Below are positions 7,801 through 14,908 of a stretch of DNA of 31,224 nucleotides, piece by piece (positions within the stretch are counted from its first letter, which is position 1; every line of letters starts with the position of its first letter). The DNA comes from a virus. Its lineage: Duplodnaviria > Caudoviricetes. A model generated the notes under the pieces. That model had not been told where the DNA came from. It saw nothing but the letters and a program-made list of their open reading frames with translations, and searched no databases. Location: positions 1-31,224 of IMG/VR virus record IMGVR_UViG_3300036985_001915, one strand, 5' to 3'. Both the position numbers and the translations under genes were made by a program.

Positions 7801-10800
7801 CGTGAAAAACAGGCGGAAAGTCTCAAAACGAGGATCTCGGAACACCTGGGAGATCATTGCCACGTCCAGGTCGCTGTTCAGCTTGTGGCCGATCAGTGAC
7901 ACCCGCTGCCTCGCGGCCAGGTTCTTGGAAATCGTCAGCGCCAGGATGGTCGCCATGTCGTACAGCTGGCGCACGGCGGTGATGGCGTTGCCCTTCGCCT
8001 CGTCGGCATTCGGCGCGCCGGCCTGGTTCGGTGCCGGCGCTTCGTCGGCGTACTTGTCCAGGCCCGCGTCGACACCTGGGCGATCGATCTCCTTCTCGGT
8101 CGGCTGCACCTCGCCCTTCTCGTTCGGCTGCACCACCTCGAAGAAGGCGACGCTGTTCTTCGCCTGCACCAGATAGCCCTTGTCGATCAGCGCATTCCAG
8201 ACAGCCTTCTGCATCGAGTCCAGGTCGCCGGTGTAAACCTGGCCACTGGTGCTCGGCTTGCCGCTCGTCCGTTGGCCCAGGTTCTTGGCGTCCGGCCAGG
8301 ACAGCCGTCCCTTGTCGGATTTTGCGACGAACGCACGAATCCGCTCCAGTGCGTCGGCCTGGATCGGCGTCAGCTTCTTCTGGCCTGGTTGCTTCTCGTA
8401 TGGTGCTAAAGCTGGCGCCTCGGGAGCTTCTTCTCCAGGTCCACTGGTTTGGTCTGGGGCAGTCTCGGTGCCGGCTCCGGCGTCCGATTCAGCGCCTTGT
8501 TCCTGAGTACCTGCTTCAGTGCGTCCTGCACGGATGGCTTCATACATTCTCCTTTCGAGGATGTTGCGGAGGGTTTGTTCGTCGTCAGTCGTGGCCGCCA
8601 GGTTCTGCACTTCATCGACCGGCACGCCGGCGTTAATGGCGCGAGTCATCGCCTCGAATGTGATGCGGGTGTCGGCATCCATCTCCGCGGGGTATTCGTG
8701 CTCGGCGTATATCTCGCCATCGGGCTCGAGGGAGTCCGGGTATCCGACTGAGGATCGAGATTCACGTCGCGCCTCGCGCGCCTTGTCGAGCGCATGACGA
8801 ACGAATACCAGCTCGGCAGGATCGGTTCTCTCGTCTGTGTGCTCGTCGAGCATGACGGTGATGACGCGCTGCTCGCGCACCCCGAGCTTGTGGCCGGCGA
8901 TCGCCTTCTGGACGGTCTTTTGCAGCTGGCGCACGCTCATCTTGTAGCGCGGGTTTTCCATCATCGACTGGAACCACGGCGGATTGCCCGATGACGTGCG
9001 GCCGTTGATGTTGCCGCGCTCGTCGCGCGTGTAGGTGACACCACCATCCACGATCAGGTCGGCGGCCATGTCCTGGAGCCTGGAGCGGAACGATGCGCGC
9101 TTCAGGCGAGGATCATGCGGCGGAACAATCTGCGGCGGCCTGGGAGTCGGTGGCCGCCTGGGAGCGGGAGTTTCTGCCGGTTCTGGCGTCGGCGCGGTGG
9201 CTTCTGCCGTGTCCACGGGCTCGGCGTCGACAGGCGCCGCCGGTTCCGTTTCCGTGGTGGTGTCGGTCGGCGTCTCGTCGGGCACGCGATCGACCAGGGT
9301 GGGAACATTTTCGTCAGAATCCACTGGCTCGGTCGGCGCCACTTCAGTCGTGTCGCCCTGCTGGGAGGCGAGCCATTCCTGGTACTGATCGAAGCTCATG
9401 TCGGCCGGGTCGACTGGCTCGGTCGGCGCCACTTCAGTCGTGTCGCCCTGCTGGGAGGCGAGCCATTCCTGGTACTGATCGAAGCTCATGTCGGCCGGGT
9501 CGACTGGCTCAGATCGGTCGATCTGATCCACGCCAGTGTCGACCGGAGCGGCCTCGGCCTGGTCTGTGGTGTCAGCCTGCTCCGTGGTTGGCGCGGGGTT
9601 CAGGTCCGGGATCTCTCCGCCCAGGCGGCGCAGCTGGGCTTCCAGCCAGTTCTTGTACGCCTCACTCGGCGAGCCAGGCTCAACCTCCTTGCCGGTGAAC
9701 ATGCGCGTCAGGTCGTCGGTGTACTCCGCGATTCTGCGGCGGCGGCTTTCACGAGCGGCATCGTTTGCCGGCCAGGCGCCATCGTATTCGCTGGAATATG
9801 GGTCATGGCGCGGATCGTAGTCGTCGTCACCAGGCTGCGGCCTGCTCGGCCCTTCTTCCGTTGCACCTGGCCCCGAAGGTGGCGTCGTCGGCGGAGGGAA
9901 GGACGGCTCCGCCTCGGACGAACCACCCCGGTCCAGGAATTCTTTAGCCTGCCGCGCGATCTCATCTGCCTGCCGCTTGCGCACGCCAGCTCGAACGCCC
10001 GTGACGGAGGCCGCGCCCACATCGATCGGCGATGTGACGACCTCGGCCATAGCCTCGGCGGTGATCTCGCCCCAACGAAGATCCTCGCCAGCCTCCAGGG
10101 TTGCCACTTGCGCGCCCAGCTCCCCCGTGGCGCCGCCCACTGTCTGGATGCCGGCCTGCGTACCCAGGTTGGCCAGTTCACGACCCAGCACCGTCTTGAC
10201 GCCGTACTCGAACGGCTTGCCCGCCAGACCGCCGGTGGCAGCGTCCACCAGGCCGATGATCCCGGAACGCCAGGATGCGTACTTCACGGCCGCCTGCATC
10301 AGCTCCTTGTCCTGGGTGGCTTCGATGACTGCCTCGGCGTTGTTGATGTCCACGCCCTTCTTGCCCAGGTACTCGCTGAATGCGGCTCGGTACTCGGTCA
10401 TCGCAGAGCCCAGGCCCATGCCGGCACCCATGCCGACATGCCCGCCAACAACGGAGCCCGCCAGTGCCAGGGGAATGGATTCCAGCATGTTGGGCGCCGA
10501 TCGAATCCCGAGCTCGGCGATGATCTTGTAAGGCTTGTCCATCGCGTTAAGCGCGGCTTCGCCAAGCGATTTCGAGCCGAGCAACGCCTCGGTTTCGCGC
10601 GAGAAGGGGACGGTCGCCGCGTTTTCTCGGCGCGTCCTGCCCTCATCGATGGCGGCCTGGAGCTCGGTGGTCAGTGCGGCGCGCTTGGCGTCCACCTCGG
10701 CATCGATGTCGGCCTGCGCCTGAGCATCGCCAGCTTGCGCCGCAGCTGCCCGTCGACGAGCGCCCAGCTGCCGGAAGGCGCCTGGCCCGCGAGGCATGTA

Positions 10801-11616
10801 ATCCTCCCTCTCCACACCCGTGGCCACATCCTCGGCACCAGCTGACTGCTGCGCGGCGTCGAATGCCCGCTTGTTCGCGCGGTTCGCCTGCCACTCGTCA
10901 TAGCCGGCGTACAGCTGCTCCCACATTGCGCGCTCGTCCTTCACCGGCTCCTGGTATGGCGTGAACGTCTTGTTGTCCGGCGACCAGGTGCCGCCCTGGT
11001 GATCGTCGAATGAATACTGGGATTGGTTGCTGAATGTCGGATGGTTCGGTTTCTTGAACTTGTCCGTCATGTGCTGGTCTGGCGAGATTTTGGCGCCCGC
11101 CTTGTAGGCGCCGCGCAGATCGTAGTCCCAGGTGGATTGAAGCGGCTTCGGCAGTGTCTTCCGCCAATCCTGGAACTCCTGCTCCTCGGTCTGGTCCAGC
11201 AGGGTGTTCCACTGCTCGGTCATGTCCTCGACGCGATCGCTCCGGTCAGGGTCGCGTGGCGCGCTCGTGGGAGGCAGCGCGTTCTCCTGGAAGCGGCGGC
11301 GGATGGCGGCCTCGCTGGCGGCCGGCCCCTCGAACTCCTTCAGCACGGCGCGCGGGCTGGTGTCGGGAACGTCTTCGTCAGCCAGGGGATCCTTGCGGCC
11401 GCCCTTGTTGTCGTCGAACCACTTGCCGGCTTTCTCGAGGAAGGTGGCCGCCTTCGGCTCGGGCACGGGCTCACGCAGCTGGATCAGCTCCTCGTACTTG
11501 TCCTGGGGCATGTCCGGGTAATACGTCCGGCGAATGCCCTCGGCCAGCTCGTCGTCTGAGATGTCCTTGTATTGCGGATATTGTTCCCGGTAGTCCGCGA
11601 GCTTCTTGGATGGCAT
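1870..11616 (-). CDS. Giant (3248 aa) polyvalent internal virion/DNA-ejection protein: JAB/MPN, two ART-like domains, GGDEF, zincin metallopeptidase, C-terminal LPD38-like region
   Basis: Last of three genes in the ejection-protein position. Motifs: HNHPAGESKASQND (~7600-7640); YHGS..GAYFT..NPL..GQDAAIL (~5860-6200); DQLTGIGNRR..KWVNDKMG..GD..RIGGDEF (5479-5493); HEIAH (4933-4947); VPFMNARVQG..LPKPFELG..SRNKDFTGAPIVP (LPD38-like). Confidence 0.9.
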   Translation of the reverse strand: MPSKKLADYREQYPQYKDISDDELAEGIRRTYYPDMPQDKYEELIQLREPVPEPKAATFLEKAGKWFDDNKGGRKDPLADEDVPDTSPRAVLKEFEGPAASEAAIRRRFQENALPPTSAPRDPDRSDRVEDMTEQWNTLLDQTEEQEFQDWRKTLPKPLQSTWDYDLRGAYKAGAKISPDQHMTDKFKKPNHPTFSNQSQYSFDDHQGGTWSPDNKTFTPYQEPVKDERAMWEQLYAGYDEWQANRANKRAFDAAQQSAGAEDVATGVEREDYMPRGPGAFRQLGARRRAAAAQAGDAQAQADIDAEVDAKRAALTTELQAAIDEGRTRRENAATVPFSRETEALLGSKSLGEAALNAMDKPYKIIAELGIRSAPNMLESIPLALAGSVVGGHVGMGAGMGLGSAMTEYRAAFSEYLGKKGVDINNAEAVIEATQDKELMQAAVKYASWRSGIIGLVDAATGGLAGKPFEYGVKTVLGRELANLGTQAGIQTVGGATGELGAQVATLEAGEDLRWGEITAEAMAEVVTSPIDVGAASVTGVRAGVRKRQADEIARQAKEFLDRGGSSEAEPSFPPPTTPPSGPGATEEGPSRPQPGDDDYDPRHDPYSSEYDGAWPANDAARESRRRRIAEYTDDLTRMFTGKEVEPGSPSEAYKNWLEAQLRRLGGEIPDLNPAPTTEQADTTDQAEAAPVDTGVDQIDRSEPVDPADMSFDQYQEWLASQQGDTTEVAPTEPVDPADMSFDQYQEWLASQQGDTTEVAPTEPVDSDENVPTLVDRVPDETPTDTTTETEPAAPVDAEPVDTAEATAPTPEPAETPAPRRPPTPRPPQIVPPHDPRLKRASFRSRLQDMAADLIVDGGVTYTRDERGNINGRTSSGNPPWFQSMMENPRYKMSVRQLQKTVQKAIAGHKLGVREQRVITVMLDEHTDERTDPAELVFVRHALDKAREARRESRSSVGYPDSLEPDGEIYAEHEYPAEMDADTRITFEAMTRAINAGVPVDEVQNLAATTDDEQTLRNILERRMYEAIRAGRTEAGTQEQGAESDAGAGTETAPDQTSGPGEEAPEAPALAPYEKQPGQKKLTPIQADALERIRAFVAKSDKGRLSWPDAKNLGQRTSGKPSTSGQVYTGDLDSMQKAVWNALIDKGYLVQAKNSVAFFEVVQPNEKGEVQPTEKEIDRPGVDAGLDKYADEAPAPNQAGAPNADEAKGNAITAVRQLYDMATILALTISKNLAARQRVSLIGHKLNSDLDVAMISQVFRDPRFETFRLFFTADDGTVLGQLGLSTRMPMSVRPSIPIAEGFADGAGWFDEMKRHANEMGATGIYLMHNHPAGESKASQNDLTVTKAYATALGPMFRGHVVIDTNNYSTITKDGNATRRDFDFGATDLMPPVMYESDTTRSLTNPDNTHVLVRQLMAEGAVGPDDVTLILVDSKLIVRGVTTMPADKITTDWLRTRLDLQRIVLRKGGYRVLAVGRNKAKLDLLNPPGKSPLTTSSYLIGPGDKITVSHSKSGVALVLPAGRYTRVTPGSDARFDYLKDVALGNRLSFTNQARRKQRRAIVAGASTGQFPVMNPAMYPAERGVPFNFHGFRGNGAMNADPNGSHVGFPLFGDQTYYAWDATNGALFGGRPGGYDVTIKNPLVFGSDTQLRAHWSRTADAQLNPWSHKVSADVRADMLKRWAEQMTQQARARGYDGIVIQWDNSSMENGDAKNPSGWKVLRQVFGVPQVIHLVPPPTPTIEDLTGPNNSMKQAIADELRRRDGKRNQGQDSVETGDKGDLFSQAQDQNELFEDAIPAGAIADEQGRPLVMYHGSRPGPQIDQFATRNGAYFTPDPGYAEAFADGLFADEGTAGAMYPVFLTAQNPLIVRAMDGSDAWLNFVERGLDVEAMRAQGQDAAILIDAATGEIDQVFVLSPGQIHTAIGKGRQTNDFDGFDGSRSDPELRQLNSDVERPDKNGRTRAEGIAEMTTDELIKGIFTDQLTGIGNRRAYDQEAAFLKHQAVIDADSLKWVNDKMGMEAGDALLIAIAEALDQTGVQAYRIGGDEFVLGSENADELEAALRLAEGILAGQTVRSDRGMMPGIKITWGIGPNKSEADATMKGKKDEKERAGTRAARGERPPGATLSVQNNAMPRMAPGTNYVPMIGKMGKLPINANNLLVLGNGRTVRIPKLPVRREHIIAVMRKYFGNRIYQGRVKGRGTLGFYLPGQGATRIKFHNDIEVAAHEIAHYIDDRHPWVRQLYRNFKQELRGVSYDATSTEEGFAEFMRLFLTQETEAMSRAPSFYNAWQAALAQHPTLGAAVWDLQELMHAWTMQGARARFASKTGTAIPAFIQKIKELWPSSWTQASLDGLRGIKKIGQRMNSPQVMKAYEKLRIAIGGHNGVLEAAFFWGTPGYRADGRGLEFTGEGLKDIFGDFWGNDSMGNYMLARRARELMEQGREILWRPDEIASWLTYESENPEAAGIWDRYQDYNKRMLDFAQAAGVLSAKSRKAMEEMNKNYVPFYRVLESLADGRKLKASGNPFMRLKGGSQNVGDIWENIIQQNGNLIRFAMVNDGKRDLFRVLGDRTGRMGGNAGGLDPLAGVFAAPIGTDTKPVEIDSEQITKLVVELMGYTMKQYRFAKSTGMYSGPQEAALVALIDSMVAGLEPMTQFWQFNQDPSGDVTYYLENGEKKWFEVIDRDLWDSMEFLGPKGTNLALMIVGGFSAALRRGTVAIPTFQTINFVRDSTQAWMLSSRVHVPFFRALRVVFSRLHEDQDYQLMLLNGGGFSSRSQGLEAQRRTVVNPTHLFAIYDRFMGRFENANRLAEFKANLEEFGPRHSAFLSREISTDFAMKGSSEIARFLAIAVPFMNARVQGMYRNKRALDTRESAINLAVKGALLTTATLALYALNKDDERYKELPEDVKDLNWVFFNGTGEDDYFLLPKPFELGNIFATLPERFMEYLEKQDGKEFADAISWMFLQAFALDPTPQVFQPELDLSRNKDFTGAPIVPEYLQGVDASQQFQYYTSRTMIEAGKKMGISPIEMDYRVRGYFGTLGTWFLAASDELIKANSDPYVDVITGEVFPEGEYGFEPTRGETWKENIVVKGTIDRFVNEGPTRRSKHVNDLYEMVERAEEVAKTSSLMMKRVSMDAAEYLSKPENQFELALIKKQGLADPPLLNATEFMRTIRVAQDNIRMSRQMTGDEKRLAIWELTRERNKYARDVVEAIQRAKQEMAEKGIDPQAAIEGVSKVSGLADQQPMQETPEA
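9323..9510. repeat. Exact 90-bp tandem duplication inside the giant gene (30-aa repeat)
   Basis: 9323-9412 is identical to 9413-9502, plus 8 nt of a third copy. Encodes EPVDPADMSFDQYQEWLASQQGDTTEVAPT twice. Confidence 0.95.
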
Positions 11617-12506
11617 CAGTTTTTCCTGAGAAGCCCCAACGGATCGTAGACGCCGTTCTTGTCACCTGGTCGGCCGCCATACACGGGCACGTCGTATCCA
11701 GCCTGGCGAACGGCCTGGGCTGCGGCGGTGTCGATTGGGACGGAGCCGCCGCCTTCTTTGTAGATCCTCGATGCCAGCTCCATGATGCCGGCGACGTTGA
11801 GCTCGGCGCCCTTGTCGAGCCCCTTCGGCAATCCACTGATGGGATCCCAGGTGCCGCCCATGGAGCCAACCACGGCCGATCGCAGCGAGTTGGAATCGCT
11901 TGGCTTCATCTGCCACGCATCGTCGGCCTTCACTGGCTTGCCGTTGTTCACCATGTCGTCAGGGTCATTGTAGGGAGTGCCCTGCCAGGTTTGCACGCCG
12001 TCCAGGTATTCAGTGTCCTGGGACTGCACTCCGCCCTCTGGCGTGCCGGTCTTGCGCGTCAGCACCTGGTACTTCTGCTGGCGGTCCTTGATCTCCTTGC
12101 GAAACCAGCTGTCGGAATACTCGGTGGGGAACAGCTCGGGAGGCACGCCCGCCTTGATCTTCGTCTCGCGCCAGGATTTGTAATTCGTCGCGTCGACACC
12201 CTGGCGCTCCAGGGTCATGAGGTCCATCTGGCCCTTCATCATCGCAGCCGTGCTGGTGCGCAGCTTGTCGGCTTCGTCGTACAGGCCCACAGACTCCAGC
12301 TTTTCGATGCGCTCCGGCGCCTTGTCGAGCGTGCCGACGATCTTGTGGTACTCCTCGCGCGCTTTGGCGATCCGCTCGGCCTCATCTGCATCCAGGCCGG
12401 CCACCTGGTTGCGCAGTGCGTTGAAGCGCGCCTTCTGGCCAGCCTGCACGGCGGCGCCGAAGTTCACTTGTTGCAGTGCATTGCCCTGAGATTGAACCAC
12501 GCCCAT
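11616..12506 (-). CDS. Putative DNA-ejection (internal virion) protein
   Basis: 296-aa helical, Gln/Ala-rich protein between the first ejection gene and the giant gene. One-base overlaps on both sides. Confidence 0.65.
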   Translation of the reverse strand: MGVVQSQGNALQQVNFGAAVQAGQKARFNALRNQVAGLDADEAERIAKAREEYHKIVGTLDKAPERIEKLESVGLYDEADKLRTSTAAMMKGQMDLMTLERQGVDATNYKSWRETKIKAGVPPELFPTEYSDSWFRKEIKDRQQKYQVLTRKTGTPEGGVQSQDTEYLDGVQTWQGTPYNDPDDMVNNGKPVKADDAWQMKPSDSNSLRSAVVGSMGGTWDPISGLPKGLDKGAELNVAGIMELASRIYKEGGGSVPIDTAAAQAVRQAGYDVPVYGGRPGDKNGVYDPLGLLRKN

Positions 12507-14191
12507 TACAGAGTCCCCCGATATGCCCGCACGGCCAGGTAGTTGTTTATGCCAGTGTTCACGGCCGTGCCGCCCGCCCGCCAGGCGTCGCCGGTGATGT
12601 TCGCCCGACTGGTGCCGAGATTTTCGTATATGCCAGCGAGTCGGCCGCCCTGGGTGGCGTACGCGCCGGCCACCTGGCTGCCCACGGCCTGGCTGCCGCT
12701 CACGGCCTGCGCCGCTGGTCCGCCGCCAAAGCCGGCTTGTTCACGCAATGCCGCCAGGTAGTTGTAATAGCCCTGGTCCTTGCGTTGCAGGTCCGTCGCG
12801 GTCAGGCGATCGGCGTCAGATGCCGCACTGTCCAGGCGTTGCGCGTCACCAGCTCGACGTTGCAGGTAATTCCGATATGCCTCGTCGCCGCGGTCGATGT
12901 CAGTGACGCGCTGGTTCTCCCAGTTGCCGAGCGCGGTGTCGCCACGATTCAGGTCGGTTTCCGCGAAACTGTCGCCACGGTTGAGATCGTACTCGGCAAA
13001 CGAATCCCGGCGGCTGGCGTCTCTTGATTCGGCTTCGCCCAGGCGATTCAGGTCGCTGGTGCGGCCGCTCGCCCAGTTGTAATACTCCTGGTCCGCCAGC
13101 CCCTTCGCCCGTCGCTGCGCCTCCATGATGGCGCGGCCGCCGATGTTCGGCCCGCCAGCGGATCCAACTCGCTCCAGCTGTCGTTCCATCTCCTCGCGGG
13201 AGAACGAATAGCCAGGCGATGCCTCGAAGGTTTCGCCATAGACACCGCGGCCAGCTGCGCCCGCTGCCAGGCTGTCGCCGCCTCGCGTGGCGGTCATGCC
13301 AGGGACGCCGCCGCGCAAGCCGGTCATCGTCACGTCACGAGCCCGTGCCACCAGCGCGTTGTCCTCCGGGTTGGCTGACGCCATTCGGTTGTTGTCGATG
13401 TAGCCGCGGAATTCGTCGCCAGCCGCATCGGTCGGTGCCAGCAGGTTGCCGCGCACGGTGTCGCCATAGGTCGAGGATTCGGCCAGGCTGGTCGGATCCA
13501 GGTTCGGGTCGCGGAAGGATCCATTCGTTGGATCCCGGAACCTGTTCGGTTGACCAGGTGGGGGCTGACGCAAGCCTGACGAGCCGGGTGCGCCGATCCG
13601 CGTGCCGGTGCGTGCCGCTTCAGCCGCAATGAAGGGTTCCTGGATCGTGCTCAACTCCGCCTGAAGTCGCTCCATCTCGCCCTGGCGTGACTGCATCCGC
13701 AGCGCGGTCTGTCGGCCGCCGTTGCCGAAGGCGCCAGGCGTGTCGAAGGCTTGCTGGATGCCGGCGATCCGGTTCTCGATCTCCAGCTCGCGTTCGCTTT
13801 TCTGTCGCGGTGCGGCTGGTTGCTGTTCGGTGAAGCGCGGCCCCTGGATGGTGTTGCCGTCCGTTCCTTGCTGGCTTCCACCTGGCTGGCGTGGCGTGGC
13901 GTTCGAGTCGAAGAAGGTATCCTGGTCCCCGTCTGGTCCATTGATACCCAGCAGGTCGCTGTAGGCGCGCTGCGCGTTGTATTGCTGCTGCACCTGGGGC
14001 AGAAGGATCCGTTGCTGGTAGTCGAACTGCCGGCGAATCTCGTCCACCTGGGTCCGGGTGGATTCGATGGTGGCCTGGGCGGCGTCGGCCGCGCCTCGGC
14101 CTGCTGCCCGGCTGCTCGATCTGGCGCCGGCGTAGCTGACACCTGCGCTGACGACGGTGCCGGCGGCGATGGCGGTGAATGCGACGCTCAT
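12506..14191 (-). CDS. DNA-ejection/pilot protein (P22 gp7/gp20-like position)
   Basis: Hydrophobic Ala/Gly N-terminus. FEASPGYSF..GG..G.A.QEY motif typical of podovirus injection proteins. Gly/Ala-rich C-terminus and internal DLNRGD repeats. Confidence 0.75.
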   Translation of the reverse strand: MSVAFTAIAAGTVVSAGVSYAGARSSSRAAGRGAADAAQATIESTRTQVDEIRRQFDYQQRILLPQVQQQYNAQRAYSDLLGINGPDGDQDTFFDSNATPRQPGGSQQGTDGNTIQGPRFTEQQPAAPRQKSERELEIENRIAGIQQAFDTPGAFGNGGRQTALRMQSRQGEMERLQAELSTIQEPFIAAEAARTGTRIGAPGSSGLRQPPPGQPNRFRDPTNGSFRDPNLDPTSLAESSTYGDTVRGNLLAPTDAAGDEFRGYIDNNRMASANPEDNALVARARDVTMTGLRGGVPGMTATRGGDSLAAGAAGRGVYGETFEASPGYSFSREEMERQLERVGSAGGPNIGGRAIMEAQRRAKGLADQEYYNWASGRTSDLNRLGEAESRDASRRDSFAEYDLNRGDSFAETDLNRGDTALGNWENQRVTDIDRGDEAYRNYLQRRAGDAQRLDSAASDADRLTATDLQRKDQGYYNYLAALREQAGFGGGPAAQAVSGSQAVGSQVAGAYATQGGRLAGIYENLGTSRANITGDAWRAGGTAVNTGINNYLAVRAYRGTL

Positions 14192-14673
14192 GCGGTTTTC
14201 TCCTGGATGTCTTCAAATTGGGTCACGGTGAACACGTCGGCCATCTCGTCGGCACTGAGCTCCGGCCCGTTGTACGGATGCACGGTAATCCAGTCGCAAT
14301 CGGTGATCGCCATGCCGGCGCGCTTCACGCCAGCCGGGGAGATAAATTCACAAGGCCCGTTGACCACTTTCGGCCCCTCGCTGGTGACGACCAGCATTCG
14401 GCCCCACAGGACCATCGAGTAACAGGATTCCTTGTGTATCTTGCCGGTCAGCACGGTGCCCTCGGGGATGCGGATCCGGCGGATGTAGAGTCCAGGCGTG
14501 AACAGCTGGAAGACTTCCAGCTTCACCTGGTGGCTCGGCATCTCGGTCAGCATCTTCTCGTAGGCCAGGATCTGGTCGCGGAATTGCTCGGGTGTCTTCA
14601 CCCTGGCGAGCTTCTCCAGCCCGCCGATGGCGCGCTTGATGTCCTTCAGCTGGCCGGCCACCAGGTTAACCAT
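14188..14673 (-). CDS. Cupin-like phage protein
   Basis: FTPGLYIRRIRIPEGTVLTGKIHK...SPAGVKRAG...WITVH matches the cupin-fold proteins often found beside podovirus ejection genes. Confidence 0.7.
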   Translation of the reverse strand: MVNLVAGQLKDIKRAIGGLEKLARVKTPEQFRDQILAYEKMLTEMPSHQVKLEVFQLFTPGLYIRRIRIPEGTVLTGKIHKESCYSMVLWGRMLVVTSEGPKVVNGPCEFISPAGVKRAGMAITDCDWITVHPYNGPELSADEMADVFTVTQFEDIQEKTA

Positions 14674-14908
14674 ACGCCACCCACCCCGTGTTCAGGATTG
14701 CCGCCGTGTTCTTGACGTAGAGCAGTGTGCCCGCGCTGCCCGTGGTGTTGAAGTACGTCGAGCCTTTCGACGCGAAGATGACGCCCTCGGGTGTTCCCGC
14801 GCCCGTGTAGTAATCCGGGTATGGGATGAGCTTCTGGCGCCAGGCTTCAAACGATCGGAGCACGCGCTCGGCCAGGCTTTGGTCGTTGATGGGTTCAAGG
14901 GATGGCAT
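14666..14908 (-). CDS. Small virion/tail-associated protein
   Basis: 80 aa. GAGTPEGVIFASKGSTYF...LYVK..TGWVA resembles short fibre/trimerisation motifs. Translationally coupled to the gp10-like gene. Confidence 0.65.
   Translation of the reverse strand: MPSLEPINDQSLAERVLRSFEAWRQKLIPYPDYYTGAGTPEGVIFASKGSTYFNTTGSAGTLLYVKNTAAILNTGWVAYG

Noticed and set aside
9323-9510. Direct repeats as a possible CRISPR array or att site
   Set aside because: Head-to-tail 90-bp in-frame duplication with no spacers.
9115-12542. Other long plus-strand ORFs (576 aa and 462 aa; likewise 431 aa at 20768 and 396 aa at 28281)
   Set aside because: Shadow frames of well-supported minus-strand genes in high-GC DNA.
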